Assembly: GCF_032444005.1 (NCBI RefSeq)
Contig: NC_091289.1
Location: 116,064,001 to 116,128,000, forward strand
DNA from: Ranitomeya imitator
Lineage: Eukaryota
Direction of reading: 5' to 3'
Length of the DNA stretch: 64,000 nt
The translations under genes were made by a program, and so were the position numbers. The stretch's first letter is position 1; each line of letters opens with the position of its first letter. The notes under the pieces are model-generated. The model was not told where the DNA came from. It searched no databases and saw only the letters and a program-made list of their open reading frames with translations. This document shows positions 63,293 to 64,000 of the stretch, one piece after another.

Positions 63293-63861
63293 GTAATTCT
63301 ATGCACAATGCACCATGACAATGCCGTAAGTGATAGAGAAGACAGAAAGCCTGACATTATTTTGGATTATAATGCCACAAAGGGAGCAGTTGATACTTTA
63401 GACCAAGCAATATCAACATATACATGCAAACGCAAAACCAATCGGTGGCCAATGATTTTATTTTATAACATACTGGACGTTTCTGCACACAATGCATTTG
63501 TCTTATGGAGAGAAATCGACCCCGATTGGAACCGGAATAAGCTGCATAAAAGAAGATTATTTCTTGAGGAATTGGGCAAATCCCTGGTTAGGCCATATAT
63601 TGAGAGCAGAAAGTGACCCCCAGAAGTGAAGGAACAACAGCCATTGTAAAAAGTGTCCAGCATGCTCAAGAAAGAGACTCCACATCCACGGCCTCCACCA
63701 GCACAGCTACCAGCAGCACAGCTACCAGCAAAAAAAGGAAGAGATGTAGGTTCTGTCCATCTTCCTGTGACAATAAGACTAATCTGACATGTGCTGGATG
63801 TTCAAAATATCTGTGTAAAGGACATGTGTCTTATTATTGTGTTCAGTGTAAAAACACATGA
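63293..63861 (+). pseudogene. piggyBac transposase C-terminal remnant (third catalytic Asp region plus cysteine-rich domain) with a 1-bp frameshift near 63610
   Basis: KPDIILDYNATKGAVDTLDQ...RKTNRWP and KRCRFC...CAGCSKYLCKGH...CVQC; the N-terminal part is missing. Confidence 0.9.
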
Positions 63862-64000
63862 ACATGTCCAGATTTTCTTTTTTCTTTCTAAAAAGGTTGA
63901 AGTTTTTATGATTTTTCATTTGTTGATTTATAAATATTGTTTTCAAAAAGTTAAATTTCATGTTTTAGTAATAGTAATGTAAAGCGTCTTTGTTATTTGT

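Larger units (their letters stand above)
49077..64000 (+). mobile_element. Internally deleted piggyBac element (49077-49171 plus 62703 to beyond the window), interrupted by the hAT element
   Basis: TTAA|CCCT at 49073-49080; subterminal repeat gtactgttcgg.tcaatatgaccca at about 49084 and 62784, on either side of the hAT; transposase remnant downstream. Confidence 0.8.

Overview
Eukaryotic, most likely anuran (frog) genomic DNA; the taxon is inferred from a vertebrate ion-channel gene plus the transposon repertoire. The window lies inside the Na+-activated K+ channel gene KCNT2 (Slick/Slo2.1) on the minus strand. Three consecutive coding exons (21132-21281, 14453-14679, 7045-7261) have canonical AG/GT splice sites and matching phases. 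I found no further exon, so the upstream intron exceeds 42.7 kb. The introns are filled with nested mobile elements. The standout is a complete 13.5-kb hAT transposon (49172-62702) with TIRs, a perfect 8-bp TSD (ATCTTGAC), an uninterrupted 1189-aa BED-finger DDE transposase, and about 6 kb of internal tandem arrays with higher-order structure. It sits inside a deleted piggyBac element. Also present: a decayed L2 LINE starting with a 2A-like motif, a truncated chromodomain Gypsy element, several solo LTRs, Tc1 remnants, large non-autonomous TTAA/CCC elements carrying telomere-like repeats, a Helitron-like element with a 2.7-kb minisatellite, and several MITEs. No rRNA, tRNA or CRISPR array is supported. 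Family assignments come from motif recognition, not database searches.
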